Source of the DNA: Mobula hypostoma | Taxonomy: Eukaryota | NCBI RefSeq assembly: GCF_963921235.1 | Contig: NC_086097.1 | Span: forward strand, 73,720,001 to 73,784,000 | DNA length: 64,000 nt | Direction: 5' to 3' | Part shown: in pieces, positions 37,701-52,700 of the stretch | Numbering within the stretch: the first letter of the stretch is position 1 | How the letters are laid out: the number at the start of each line of letters is the position of its first letter | Notes under the pieces: model-generated | The model's input: only the letters and a program-made list of their open reading frames with translations | The model's database searches: none | Told to the model about the DNA's origin: nothing | Made by a program: the position numbers and the translations under genes

Positions 37701-40700
37701 GTAAATCTTGAGGGACACACACAAAATGCTGGACGAACTCAGCAAGTATGGCAGCATTCATGGAAGAGAATAAACAGTTAACATTTCGGGCTAAGACCAT
37801 TCATCAAGGCTGGAAAGGAAGAGGGCAAAAACAGAATAAGAAGGTGGGGGGGGAAGGTGTACATTTGGCAGGTAATAGGTATGACAAGGTGAGAGGGAAG
37901 GTGGGTGGATGGGGGAAGAGATATGAATTAAGAAGCTAGGAGGTGGTAGATAAAAGAAATAAAGAGCTGAAGAAGGAGGAATCTAGTAGGAACAGACAGT
38001 GGACTATGGAAGAAAGGGAAGGAGGAGGAGCACCAGAAGGAGGCGACGGGCAGGTCAGAAAAGAGGGGTGCGAGAGAGTGAACCAGAATGGGGAATGGAA
38101 AAAGAGAGAAGGGGGATTGGGAAGAATTTACTGGATACTAAAAGAAATTGATGTCCATGCCATCAAGGAGGCAACCCAGATGGAATATGAGGTGTTGCTC
38201 CTTGAACCTGAGTGTGGCCTCATTGTGGGATAGAGGAGGCCATGGATTGACATGTCTGAATGGGAATGGGAAGTTGAATTGAAATGGGTGGACACTGGGA
38301 GATCCTGCCTTTTGCAGCGGATGAAGGTAGGTCCCCCAATTTTGCAGACATCCAACACATATTTGAGAACTGGAATGGTCAAGGATAGATCCTTCAGTGA
38401 TAACAAACGAATATTTAAAATACAGGAAAAGCAGTTACTGTAATTGATACAGAGGCTTCAATTGAATTATTGACGAAATAAGCAGGTGAGTAACTTCCTA
38501 CCTAAATGGATGACAGTGGTGAGGCAAGTGAGAAGTTTGTTTAAAATTGTAAAGATATAAGATTACTGCTGCAATAATAATATCAAATGAAAACTCTTCT
38601 CCAGCTTCCAGCTGAGTATGAGCATCGATTTTAACTGACTTTTCGATGACAGACTCTGCCATCTTCATCAGGGATGATGCCTGGGCTTGTCTAGTCCGGT
38701 GATATTTATACCACTGTTGTTAGTCCCTCTTGATTCGTTAATCCTCATCCAATCAGATTTCTGCTGTCCCATCTTGTTTACAATCGAATAATATTAAATC
38801 AGATATAATCAGTGATTTTTTTGTGTCACAGTAATACAGTACGAACTCGGGGGAGAAAACCCATTTGGAGGAACTCAAAGAGATTTTTAGGAAATATGAC
38901 CAGGAGTAATTTGTGGATAGAATATAGACAAGAATACGAAAAAGTGGCCAACACTATCAATATAGGCTTAAAACAGGGATTATTTAAATTTCAAGTTTGC
39001 ATTGGTGGGCTGGAGAAAACAAGTACAACAGCAATGGAAATTGATGAGATAATTTCAGAGTCAAAAAGGCCCATAAAATTCTTGTGATTATTGTGGAAAC
39101 TGAGTTTGAAAGATTTAAGAATGTTATTTACAGTAACATAAAATGAGATGTTATGTTGGCATTCTAGGAATTCTGCACAGCACAACCTGTTTATATTGCT
39201 GTGCCTTCCTTATATTTGAAATTTGAAAATGTCCCCCAAATTATATGGACAAAGTAGAAATGATTTTAGCATCAAACAATAGTGCTGGGTGTCTCTCTCC
39301 TTCACTCATCAGTACTCATGGTTTCTCTTCACAGTAGTTTTCATTCTAATCTGATCAGACAATTAATGATTGGAACAATGTTGTGATTTCATAATTACTA
39401 AAATGACTTGGCAAATAAGAAATAATAAAATCAGCACATTGCAACAAATCTGACATGTAACAAAGAAGTTATGCAATCTCATTTCAGAACATCTTTTTGT
39501 GGATTCATTAATGCTAATTTTAAGTTAAGCAACACCAAAACAAATTACATTTCTATTCATTATGTGACTGGTGAAAATCTGGACAACACATTTAGTTAGT
39601 GAAAATTAAAAGATGATCACTATTCTTAAAAATATGGCCTACCTCCAACTGTGTAAATATTTTATTAATGTGCCTGAAACACCCTTCAGCTATTTCCATA
39701 TCTTCTTCATATGATTGACATTTAAAAATAGGCTGTGGTGCATTGGCAAAGTATTTATGGAATGGAAAATGTTCAGACACTGCTGTAACATCACCAGACT
39801 TTCCACTTTTGGCTTTTACTTTACTAAGATATTCTTCCCAACGAGACATCACCTGAATGAAAACAAAGATAACCGTACTATCATACACGGCTGAAACAAT
39901 CATTAAGAATAGACCTAGTAAAAATTGATTCAAACATTAAAAATTAAATTCTTAATTAAAATATGAATGGTAAATCCTTTAAAATATGATACAGAGATGC
40001 TGAAATCTGGATGAAGATAAAAGGGCTGGAGGATGAGCAGACGTGAAGACACAGGGGCAGAAAGCATTATTAATTGTTTAAATCAAATTTTTATGCAGGA
40101 AATAGTGTAACATTTACAGCCCATTTAAAACAAGTGTGTCATGCAACCAGTCACTGCAATAACGTATAAACAAACGCATGGGGATTACCCGAACATTAAT
40201 CAGAAAATGCATTAAGCACTCGAACAAAAATCAATAATCAGGCCACCGAACACTGAGCATGGATACTATTCTTAAAAATAGGGCCTGATATTTTTAGGTA
40301 ATACAGGTAATACAGCTATGGCTTACCTGATACAGGTAAAAATGTCCAGCTGTTTCACAGGTATACGAGACATCTCCAGGAACCCCAAGACTCTCTTGTA
40401 ATCGCCCTACTTCCCGCAACAACTCAAGTCTCCGAGCCAGCACATAATTCACTCGGCCGTATCTATTATTAACAAGTAAGATTGCTCTAGCTAGGTATAG
40501 AAATCCACACACAATTAAAACTACATATCTGGATTATAATCAAGTACAAATACAGTGCTGCTTGTACACAAGGTAACAAGCAAATGGTAAAACAGAAAAT
40601 AATTTCGCACAAATCTGAGAATTTAAAATTTATAGAGTGCAAAATATAAAATCTAAGATCCACAAAGTCGGAAGCTAGTCAATACATAAAAATCACAGCT

Positions 40701-43700
40701 ATTATTACACACGAACAGTTCTTTCTAAGTAACCAACTTGGCTCAATTACTTTTGCTCTTGACTGCAGATTCAAACTTCACTCCATTGCTCATGTACCTA
40801 ATCTTGGCTGACCTTCCACTATATGTTATTGAGAGAGTGCTGATTGAAGCAGGCATATTCCTTCAGGTAGGAAATTAAACCAGCTGTACAATAGAAAAGT
40901 ATAGAACCAAGAAGCTTTCCAAAGTAAAACATGCATTTTCCTTGTGCTTTGGCCAAAATTCTACTCTTAATCATTACCATTAGAAAGATATTAGGCCACT
41001 GATTCATCTTGACACTACTCATTGACTACTACATACAAAAGGGATGCTATGTTTGCTTTTTTAATATTAACTTCAAATAACTTATCATCTGTAAAGCACC
41101 TATCATGGAATAATTACAGCACAGGAGACTGATCACGTCTGAACCAGTTCTCTGCAAGAGAAACTCATGGGCTCCACTCTCCAGCTCCTTCTCCATAGCC
41201 TTGCACATTTTCTTCACTACGTATTTATCTGATTTTCTGCTGAAATCCACATTGGAATCTATCTATTACATTTGCAGACAATCACCACACTGCATATGTA
41301 TTCTAATATTTCCCGTTATTTTGTAAATGTTATCTCCAGTTCTCAATCCCTCCACCAAAATGAAGTCTCCCACTGTCTACTTTGTCAAGGTTCTCCATTA
41401 TTATATATGCCTCCATCATACCTTTCTTGAGTTTCACTTCTTCAAAGAAAATAACCCCAGCCTCACAATCTGTCCCTTAACTGTAGTCCCCCATCCTAAG
41501 TATCATTTTTGTTATTCTCTTCTGAATCCTCTCAATGCCTCCACATCCTTCCAATTAAGACCTGAGCAAAACTGAACCCAATACTTTAGCTGAGTCCAAA
41601 CTAGAATTTTATAAACATACAACATGACTTGTCTGCTTTATTGTCTTTTTATTGATACACATTCCAGGTACCTCTTCTTCTGCACTTTTTATAAAACAGT
41701 ATCAAGACTGATTCTCCTCATTCTCCTGACAAAATCTATCACCTCATATTTCTCTACATTAAAATTCACTTAAATGATACAAAGCATATTATAAAACAGG
41801 AAACCTTCAATTTCACCAACTACTCAGCAGAACTGTGGGCACAATTGCTTTCTCTAGTTTATGAATTTTATTTTGTATTTGTTGTTATAAAGTACTTCCA
41901 TGCAATCCTGTAAGTTTCAGAGAAAAGTTGTCCCTTTTGTACAGTGGTACCTTGTTTAGTGCCCAAAATGCACTGCCAGGAATGATGAGAGTGTGCTTGG
42001 TGGTAGTATCTATGAAATTGGTACAAAGCCCTATTCTCACTGTTGCTATCTACAGCTGTGTGAGAATCTGGGTGTTAGGAACCTGGTGCTAATCCAGAGA
42101 TGAATTACCTACCCTCGGTGCAAAAACGTTACTTGTGAGTAGTGCTGGGTTGGCTGGGATGAGTGATATGCCCTCTCAGCAGTAAGTGGTACTCAGGGTT
42201 GCATGACAGCAGCACTGTGAGAGAGCTATTGCTGGCTATTAACAACACTGCAAAGATCTCCTTCATCACCACCTCTTGGATGCGAAGAATGCCACTGTCT
42301 TCCCCTCTTTTTGCTTGACTGCACAACTCTCACTAGCCCAGAGGTTTCTGCATGGTAACACGCTCAATGGTAATCACTGACTTTTTGAGGCACATGCAGC
42401 CAAACATGGAGAGCTCCTGCAGAAGGTAGAGTTGCAAGCCAAGTTCTCAACACAGAAACAGGAAGGGCAGGAGTTAGGAATCCAGGTTTCTTGCACAGCA
42501 GTGGGCAGATGTCTATTTTATTAGTCAGAGTTCCATGGTGGGTGGGCTGGAGGACCACAAGCACTATAGTGAAGTAATACTTTGTGAAGCCACAGCAAGC
42601 AGAGTAATAGTGTAGAATACTTCAACTCCTACTTTCGAAGAGCACCATTTTCTAAATATCTATCATGTCCACTCAGCCACAATATTGAGATCTGACAAAC
42701 AGTTATTGAGTGGTTTTGAGAAGTGAAGCTGCAAAATAAACTCTCTCATTTCACAAAGCACTTCTTGTGTGATGTGATGTGTTGCATCTCACAGGCTGCA
42801 GCCTGGAGGCAGAGAACAGCGAAGAATTACATTGCTAGATACGCAGCATAAGTACCCAATGCAACATCAGTTTTAACAACAGTTCAGCAACACCTTTCTT
42901 GCCAAACATTTTCACTGATTACCAGGTATGATATTTGGAGTGTTGTTTTACAAAAAGTAAACCCATCTCAAACTGCCTTTGAGAAAGTACTGAAAAAGTG
43001 GCTACTCGAGAGGCTAAAATCCTTCTACCGAAGGGACCAGTACTTTTGGACAGAAAATTGCATCTCTAGTTCCAGCTACAATGAAGGAATGTTTTCAGCT
43101 GTCCAGTACCTTCACTTAAATGTTTTTCACTGTTTCATTCTTGCTTTATGTGAATAAAAGGTGGTAAAATCACAAAAATGGGCATAAATGATCTGACATA
43201 TTCTGTGAAATCATAGTTAAGGACATCTGATCACCCAATATATATGAGACAACGAGGCAACAAAATTTATGACAAAATCTAAAGTACCAAACATACCACT
43301 AGAGTCTAGAAAACAGAGCTTTACATTGTAAAGTGTAATAACTGAGTACAAGCACTCCCTGGTGCCTTTGAACACCATCATCATCACTTTATTTATTGAG
43401 ACACAGTGCGACCTTCAATAATAGGCCTTTCCAGCCTTTAAGCCGTAAGTTTAATCCTAGCCAAATCACAGAACAATTTACAATGCCTATTTAACCTACC
43501 AACTGGTACATCTTTGGACTGTGGGAAGAAACTCAGGCGGTCACAGAGAGAATGTACAAGCTCCTTATAGGCAGCGGCAGGGTCACTGGTACCGTAAAGC
43601 GTCGTGCTAACCCCTACGCTACCATGCCGCCCCAGGTTTTCTTTTATGTGCAACACAAACCTAACATTTCCCACTTAAATTCTACCTGCCATTTTTGCCC

Positions 43701-46700
43701 ATACACTCAACTTGGTCCAAATCTGCTGAAGCATGAGCCATAAATTCAGCCTTTTTAAAAAAAAAGCAAAAATAAACGAAGACCAGAAAAGCAGTGAAGA
43801 ATTCATAAAAGTACCAACAATATAGCAAGGAATTCAAACAGCAGACACTAACTAAAGATAGTCGCAATATAAACTATCTTATAGGGATAAATTATACTCA
43901 ATAATTAAATATAGTTTAATGCCACTTGTCCTGATTTAATATAGGAACAGATTATTCCTATGACGGCTTTTTTTCCTCATGAAACATTGAATCCATATTT
44001 AATTTACAGTTCTTCACATGAATAAAATGATGTAAATCAATAAGAAAGCCTTTATTAATTTATCTAGACGGTAGAGTAAGAATCAACAAAGATAACAGCA
44101 AAATTTTAAAGACAACACCAAGTAAGCTTTGAATTTATACAACGGATTTGCATTTAAGTCTGCAACATAAGAATATTACTTCACATTTGTACAGAACAAC
44201 TTCAAAGGCCAGTTTCCTAAATCTTAAATCTGATTTTCAGAGGGCATTATTGTATGACTTTGCAGTCTCAATTTCTGTCAGATAGTCTCAGTCTGTTGCA
44301 ACTTTTATTAAATTATAATACTCCAAATTGCTCACCTGCTAAAATCCTTCTCAGTCTCCAGCTCCTCTTCGCCATGACCCAGACGAAGAAGGTGACGCTC
44401 ATCAATGTCAAGAGCCATGATCTTCTCAAACAGCTGGTTCAAAGCCTGTAGATTGACAGCAACAAATGACAGAGTTTTATAGAAGTGAGAATAACTTTTA
44501 AAAAGTCTTAAAACAGCTGCTCCAACTTATGAAAAGAAACTTATTTCTGTAACACTTCCATGCGTTGAGAGAGATCAGTATGGCTTTAGAACAGTGTCAA
44601 TTTTAAATTGTGTATTTTTAGTTATTTGGATAATATGTAAAATTCATTTGCAACAATTTACTTCTGCACAAAATCAGTAAATTGTCTACCTTATAGGAAA
44701 GGAAGATGACAGACTTCTATTTATACACCACCTTTCACAGTTGGGGGTTGTCTTTAAGTGCTTTCCAGTCAATGAAACACTCTGGAATTGTGGTCACTAT
44801 TGAAATGTAAGAAACCAGCAGCTAATCCTGTGGAAGCAACATTCCACAAACAGCAATGGTTTGATAAGTTATAAGACAGTCAGAGCTTCTTTTAAATCCA
44901 CCGAAAGGACAGATGAGAAAGTGTCTCTGGAGACAATCTGAAAATAACTTGCTAAAAATCTTTCATGATTCTCAACATCTTTCACATTAACTGAAAAACA
45001 GACTTGCATGACATCTCTGTTAAAAGCAAAAAGGAATAAGCATTTTGTTTGACTGAGTTCTGTCCTATCGTGACCTTGACTGATCTGTTTTTAGTTCCTC
45101 TGCTCCAACTTTTCATGCTTCGTGGAGGCAAGTTCAACTTATTAAGAGCTTGGAGGTTGCTTAGAATCTCCTTTTTTGGTGTTGGCCATGTATGTCAAAG
45201 CTTAAAGGTTTGTCCAAAGGTGATGAGCTTTGAGAAGATGTGAGTAATATTTTATTGCAGAAATCAAGCTGTTGAGTTAACGATACTGCACAACATGCCT
45301 TTGTTTTTATTTAAATCCAGAATTTATTTAAGAAAACAATGGATGAACGCCCCAGTGACTGTCAGGTAATTGGGAAAAATGACCTACACAATATCTGTCA
45401 TCAGGTACTTAAGTAATTCATATTGTGTCTGAAATAACACCAAAGGCTATACTCGGTAGGTCAACAAATGTGCAGGATGTTTGTGTCAACAAGGTGACAT
45501 GCATTGTTTCTGGTTCAACCATCTACTAATGTGTAAATATAGGAGTAGGAACCTTCTGGAATTAAATTCAGTTTTCCAAAGCCAATGGGTATTGATTACA
45601 TCCATACAACACTGTGCTTAAAGGCAATAATTCCTCCGCAAAAACCTGTAGATTTAATTGTAGTTACAAGAGAAAGTGCGGGTGTTTGAAATCCTGATAA
45701 ACACACACAAAATGCTGGAGGAACTCAGCAGGTCAGGCAGCATCTATGGAGGGAAATGAACAGTCAACATTTTGGGCCTTGCCCCTCTAGAATTGCTGGT
45801 GAAACATGAAGCCTTGATGGCACTTTAAATGGGGAAGACCATGCTAAGAATTATGCCACAAATTACAAGATGGCCCAGTACACTTTCTAAGGACAAGACA
45901 ATTCTTAAATATTTTGATGCAATAGAGTATCGAGAGATTGGGCCAGATTGTACTGACTTCAGCCAATGGTTCTGATGAGACACTAGCATTTTGCCGTTAA
46001 AACTGAAATAAGTTCAATTTTCAGTTTAATTATCATTCAATCATACACGAATACCCATGAATAGAGGCAAATAGAACAGCATTCCTCAGAGGCCAAGATG
46101 CAAAACAGAGTAACAACTGTCATTCTCAGCACAAGGCACACACAGCACATATAAGATAGGAGTGCACATACGGTCACACAAAAAAAAACAATATAGCCAA
46201 AGTCCCTGAGTGCCATGTCCTGTAGATTGACAGTGCACGGATATTGTCCACAAGAACAAGCCTGCAGCAGGCTGATCATCACGCGCTAGTGCAGCCGCAG
46301 ACAATTGCAAACCAGTTTGTCTTCAACCGAGGGGACACTGAAGGGCAGCTCCAACAGAAAGGGCCAGACCCCAACCTAGTAAGGACTCCAGAGAGCCTGC
46401 CGTGCCTCCATTCTCTCCCACCCCTCTTTCGGTGTCTCTCCTCTGGGTGTTGCAACAGATGACCCCTTGGCATGAGGTGCTATTACTGAGACAACACAGC
46501 TCCCCTGCTGTCAGTGTCACCAATTAACCAGACTTGCAGCATTCTAAATTACCAATGTCCAACAGGGTCTTGCAATCACAAGAAAAACATCCAAGACTAT
46601 CACTCGTACTATTTGCTAAACCACACATCGACTCCAACACCTTCCTGGAGCAAGCAGCAACACAGTCCGAAACAACTCCAGCTCCCTCACTATCAAGCGA

Positions 46701-49700
46701 GTCACTAGTGGGGTAGACGCTCAATACTTGATGTCCTTAGTATCCAGCAGTGTCTTGTGACCATAAGAAAGACATAAAAGATGAACAATTACACCACTGG
46801 TTGGATCCAGAGTGGCTGTTGCAACCACACGCACTGCGATCTGAGGAGAATGGTAAGCTGCATGATTATGCATAGCCTCTGTAAGAACACACAAGTTCAG
46901 GAGTTACCCCTTCAACAGAGCAGTTCAGGTCACTCTGCTGGAGTCAAGCCTTGATGAGACAGCCAGGCACTATCCTATGCCAGACCTGACCAGATACTTT
47001 ATCTCAGGCCCCAGTAATTTTGACAGGGATCACAGGGCAAAGGGTGAGAAGGCCAAGGTTATTCTTTAAGAAAATATTTCACTTGTTTGGTTTAATTACA
47101 GGTTTCCCCCGCCATCCGAAGGTAGAGAGTTCCTATGAAACGGTTCGTAAGCTGGAATGTCGTAAAGTGAAGAAGCAATTACCATTTATTTATATGGGAA
47201 AAATTTGTCAGCGTTCGCAGACCCAAAAAATAACTTACCAAATCATGCCAAATAACACATAAAACCTAAAATAACAGTAACATATAGTAAAAGCAGGAAT
47301 GACATGATAAATACAGAGCCTATATAAAGTAGAAATACTTTTCTACAATCATTGCTGCACTGTTCTCCGTAGCGAAAATCTCACGCAAGCGCTCTCGGCA
47401 GAAACACTCTTTCCAGTAACCTTTAAGCTATGAAGCTGCCAAATCATACTAAATAACACATAAAAATACACAGCCTATATAAAGTAGAAATAATGTATGT
47501 GCAGTGTAGTATCACTTACCAGAATCGGGATGATGGCACCGAGCACACTGATGATGGTGTGTTAGGCTGAGTCGTCGGAGGTTAGGGTGGTGCAGTGGTC
47601 CCCAACCTCCAGGCCGCCGACCAATACCGTTCCGTGAAGAATGCAGTGATGCAGCGGTAGCCGGGATGCACCCAGCACATCTTCAAGAAAAAAGCCAAAA
47701 TTAACAAGCTAATTAGTTAGGTGCCGCCTGGCATGTAAATGTCGTCCCAGATCAGAGGCGACACAATCGGCAATCGCCTCTGATCTGAGCTGCCATTTAC
47801 GTGCCAGGCGGCACCTAATTAATTAGCTTGTTTGTTTCGGCTTTTTTCTTAAAGATGTGTTGGGTGCGTCTCAGCTACTGCTGCATTCTCCACGGCCCGA
47901 TATCAGTCCGCGGCCCGGAGGTTGGGACCACAGGGGTGGTGGGACACTGAGGTGTCATCTCATCGTCGTCTGTTTTCATCAGGGCAGGCAGGTCACCTTC
48001 TTCTATGTCTGCCTGCCTCAATGTCGAAGGTCGAGGATCGTCGTCTGCTGTGGCTGATGTGGAAGTCTTGAAAAACGACAGTATGCTTGACTGTTTAGCC
48101 TCGTGCATTTTTCTATCATACAGTTCTTTGTAAGCACTCAAACCATCCTGCAAATATGCCCTAAAGCTAAGTACCCTTTCAAAATTAAAGTCGTACTTTT
48201 CTGCAATAATTGCAGCGAAAATCTCACGTAGTTGCTTCACGTTCAGTTCCTGGACGACTTCTCTTTCGGTCCATTCGCTACTGCATTCGGTTTTGATTGT
48301 TATCCTTTCCTCTTCCAATTGTACCAGCTCTTCATCTATCAGTTCTTGGTCATGGGATGCCAAAACCTCTTCAACATCATCTTCGTCAACTTCCACAAGC
48401 CAAACTCACTTTGTCCTTCCTTTGCTCACCACGATCGAAATGCTTAATTATGTCTAGTTTTACGCTAAATGTAACACCCTTATGAGCTCTTTTAGGCTTT
48501 TCCGATACCTTAGAACTCATCTTGCCAACGGCTGTTCACAGGCACATGCTTAAGCAATGCTGGCTAGAATGCAGTTCCGGGGGAGAAGCTTGGCTGCTCG
48601 GGGCACGCACTGCCTTTTTTTCCGCGCGCTGCCTTTTCTCGTAAGTGAAAACAGGTAACTAATGTAGGTTTTTCGTAACAGCAAGGTTTCGTAAAGCTAA
48701 TGCTCGAAAAGTGGGGGACACCTGTATTTCATTTTCATATTTTTTTTTAAGTTAACAAGACTACCTTGGGAATGCATAAATATCTTGAAACAATGGAATG
48801 GCTATTGCACTTGGTTTTACCTCACTGCAGCATAAGGATTTAAAACTGGCCTCTGATCAATTCATGCCCAGAATACCAATAATTTTTAGTATACTGTCTG
48901 ACAGATAATCACTTTGACAAAAAAAAATTTAAACTTTTTTTTAAATAAGAAGGGAAGTCAGGCGTCAACAGTACCGGGAGGAAGAAATCCAAAATTAATT
49001 AGAAAACATTAAATTTTGCTATCTTAGGAAAGAATTGGATTGACCCAACAAACTTCACTTCAATAAAGGCTACAAACAGGTATTTCTACCTCATAAATTA
49101 TTTAATCTTGACATGAAAAAGAAAAACATATTCTATTTATAATAGAATTGCATAAGTATAAATAAGGCAAACCAATGTATCCTATTCTTTTTCATTTACC
49201 AGTTAATCAAAGGTACTTTTCCAGGATTTTAAACTATACTAATTAAAATCACACATTTAAAATGGTCATCTAAATACTGAAATCACAAGCTTTAAAACAA
49301 TAGGAATGCATGAAAACTGTGTCAAATACTGCCATGTGCTGCTTGCAATCTATTTTTGAATCTAGTTAAATTGTGAGGACAAGCTTTTTCAGTGTTGGTC
49401 ATTAAGGTTGTGGAAAACAGAACCTAAACTTGCTTCCTTGGGAATAACCTTATGTGATAAACTTCCATATTCAGAAACTATAAGCATGGCTAACATGTTG
49501 GGGTACAGAAAAAGTAAAATCTGACTTATGCCACTTAGAACCACTTGTGAAAATCTAAGCATGTTTTTGGGTAGACTGAAATTCACTTATTTTCATATGC
49601 CTGACTGAGGATGCAAGGAACTGTCAATGGATAGTCAAGATGGAAAAGAAAATATTATTATAAGCACATCCACCATCAGCATCCTAGCAAAATAAATGAG

Positions 49701-52700
49701 GTTTTCATTTGAATAAATCAAAACAGGTTACAGCATTTTAAATCAGAAGTAAAATGTTCTCTTAAAGAATTATTTACTTTGTTGGGACAATACGTGAACA
49801 ACTTATAATTAATAAATAACAGCTTTATTGAGGCATGAACTTCATTAAATTTTCTCAAGCTTGACAGCATGTGATTTGAATAAATACATAAATTGCATTT
49901 ATTGTGAAGGTACCTGGTTGGAATGTGTCACAATCAGAGTCCTTTGCTCTGGAAAGTTATGATACAGATTAGAAATTATCTGCACGGCCACATCAGTTTT
50001 TCCTGTACCTGGTGGTCCTACAACCTGAAACGTAGAACAACAAGCAACCATCACAGCAGAATTAACTTGGCCCACAAAATTGGTTAAAATTAGAAAAGTT
50101 TGAATTAGGAAGAGCAAAATGATACCATTGTAAGGCCTGGTTGCATGCCAGCTCGAATTGCTTCTATCTGTGTAGGTGTAAATTGAATTGTGTTTCTGAA
50201 ATTAAAAGATTGAATGCAGATAAAAATGTGCTTATAAACAACATACACATTGTAATCACAAGAAAAAATATCAGTTGGATTTACTAGTTTGCATGTCCTG
50301 TATTCGGGGTCACAACACCCTCAGTGTCCAATATCTCCATTTCTGGATCTTCCACATCTCTTCATAAGATACAGTCATGTCTGCCTTCCACAGCCGTTCT
50401 ATTGCTATCATGTTTCTGAGTTGATGTTCCAATACTCTCAACTGTTGCTAACAAACCCTATTTTTAAACCCAACTGTCCAAAATGCTTCCTTCCACCCAC
50501 TGATAGCTTAGACTTTTTAATACAGTTGAGTGCTGATAAGGTGAATTCCATTTGTCCAAAGTAGTAGCTGACCTTAAACAGGGACGTGACCCTGCTCCCA
50601 GAGGGTTGACATGGTATTTATTCACTGGTTTTCTAACTTTTCCATTTCTCAAACACATTGATTTGTTAAAAATGTATTACATTCCACAATTTAAGAATCA
50701 TAATTATTTAATTGCCAGTATGTGAAACATATCAGAATTGATTAGTTTGATGCCAAGCATAAAACACAAGACAATACAATACGATAAAAGACAAACCATA
50801 ACAGACAACTCAATAGTATCCAATAATTTACAAGATAATAGTGCGAATGGCCATGAGCAGTCAATGATTTTCAAAGGAACAATTAACAAGATATTTTTAA
50901 AAAGACAGGAAGGAACTAACTTGAAGAAAACATTCTACACGGTAAAATAACTGATCAAATATGTTCACTTAGATGGTTGCAAGAAATTTGCAAGTGCTAA
51001 CATTTCTATGAAAGGGAACATAGCCACCACCATTCTCTGACATTGCCAAGCCATTTGGAAACAGTCTAATGTCTCAAACACAGAAGAAAATACAGAAACA
51101 CTGTAATTTCAGATTCCTTATCCATGAGATGAAGTCTTCACACTTCTTTGCTTGCTTCAAAATATAACATTTGTAATATTAAACATCCAATTTGAAATAG
51201 AAGAAAATGAAGTAGAACATTACCGGGAAATGCTAATTTTTAAAAATCAGAACAGTAAAAAATATTTAGTTTGGTATGTTGATGAACATTTAGTTAGAAA
51301 ATGTTAGGGAAGATAACTGTGATTCAGGGATTTACTTTAAAGACGATAGACAAGAAAAAAATATTTTGGTAGGAGTTGTAACAGTCCATTGTAAAAGCTC
51401 TTGGGTTGTTCCACTGCTAATATCTCCATTCAAGTCCCCTGAGGATACAGTTGCCAGTTAGTGAGTGAATCCATACAACAGAAAACCCCACCCCTAGTTT
51501 TCCTTGCCAAGTTAACATTTACCAATCTATCTGCTCGTATTACAGAGGTAGAAGAGACCATTGCAGAGCTCTATGGATATGGAACAGCATTGTTATGCTG
51601 AAAACACCATGTGTTGTCTGGGAATAAATTTATGTAAGCTAAAATTCTAGCAGCTTTAACTAGACAACAGTTGATCAGCACAGCAGTTGGATTCTATCAC
51701 AATCAATAGCCTGATGGAATAAAGTTACAGCTTAACCTTACCATCACGGATGCCAATCTGGTTCAATAAGCAGTGCTGGGCACCTTGTAGGGAGTACTGA
51801 GAAGTGCCCCTAAAATAATTAGTCAACTATGTATAACTATAACACAAGGCTACGTAAATGACGAATAGCAAAAGCAGCATTCTATCAATAGGGGCATGTG
51901 ATTCTACCCTCAATAGATAAAATCTAAAGTTTAATGTTGTCCTTAATTAACTCAGAAGCAATAGGTTAATAAACATCTATATTTGTGAAGATGGTGCTTA
52001 GAATACAAATGCATAAGAGAAAGATGAAGGGATTGTAACTACTTTATGATAAAAGAACTAAATGAATAATTCATCTTGGCTTCCTCCTGAAGTCAGTCTT
52101 CAGCCAATTTGATTTATTCCAGGTCATAAGATGAAGTTCATTATCCTAATGCAGGCGAATAAGATTAGCATACATCCTAGCCATGGGTCAGCATGGATGT
52201 GGTGGGCCAAAGGGCCTGTTTCTGTGCTGTACAACTCTGTGAAATTGATGAGAATACTAGAAACAGCAAAGGCCATAAACCCTGATTTGGTGCTGGCTAC
52301 AATGATGAAATGCCAATAATTCTGTTACAATGGTTACATCACTAGCATCTGTGGCACAGTGTTGCAAAATTTTCTACTGTATGTATCATATGAGCAAATG
52401 CAGGACAACTGGTCAGTCATTGTCGCATCAACCTACCCTTAACATCAACCAATGTATTGATTGAAGCTACTGACAACAGTGTTTTCAGATAGCACTAAGT
52501 TATCATTAACCAGTTTGGACTTCCCCCAGGAGTCTTTGGTTCCAAACTTCATTACAGCTTAGATCCAAACACAAACATACAGATGAATTCCAGAGGTGAG
52601 GCACATGAATGACCTGAATATTAAGACAGCATGCATCCTTCCCTTTCATGTCTACTGGCTTTAATTTTGCAAGGGAATCAAATCAAGGAACCCTTGCAAA

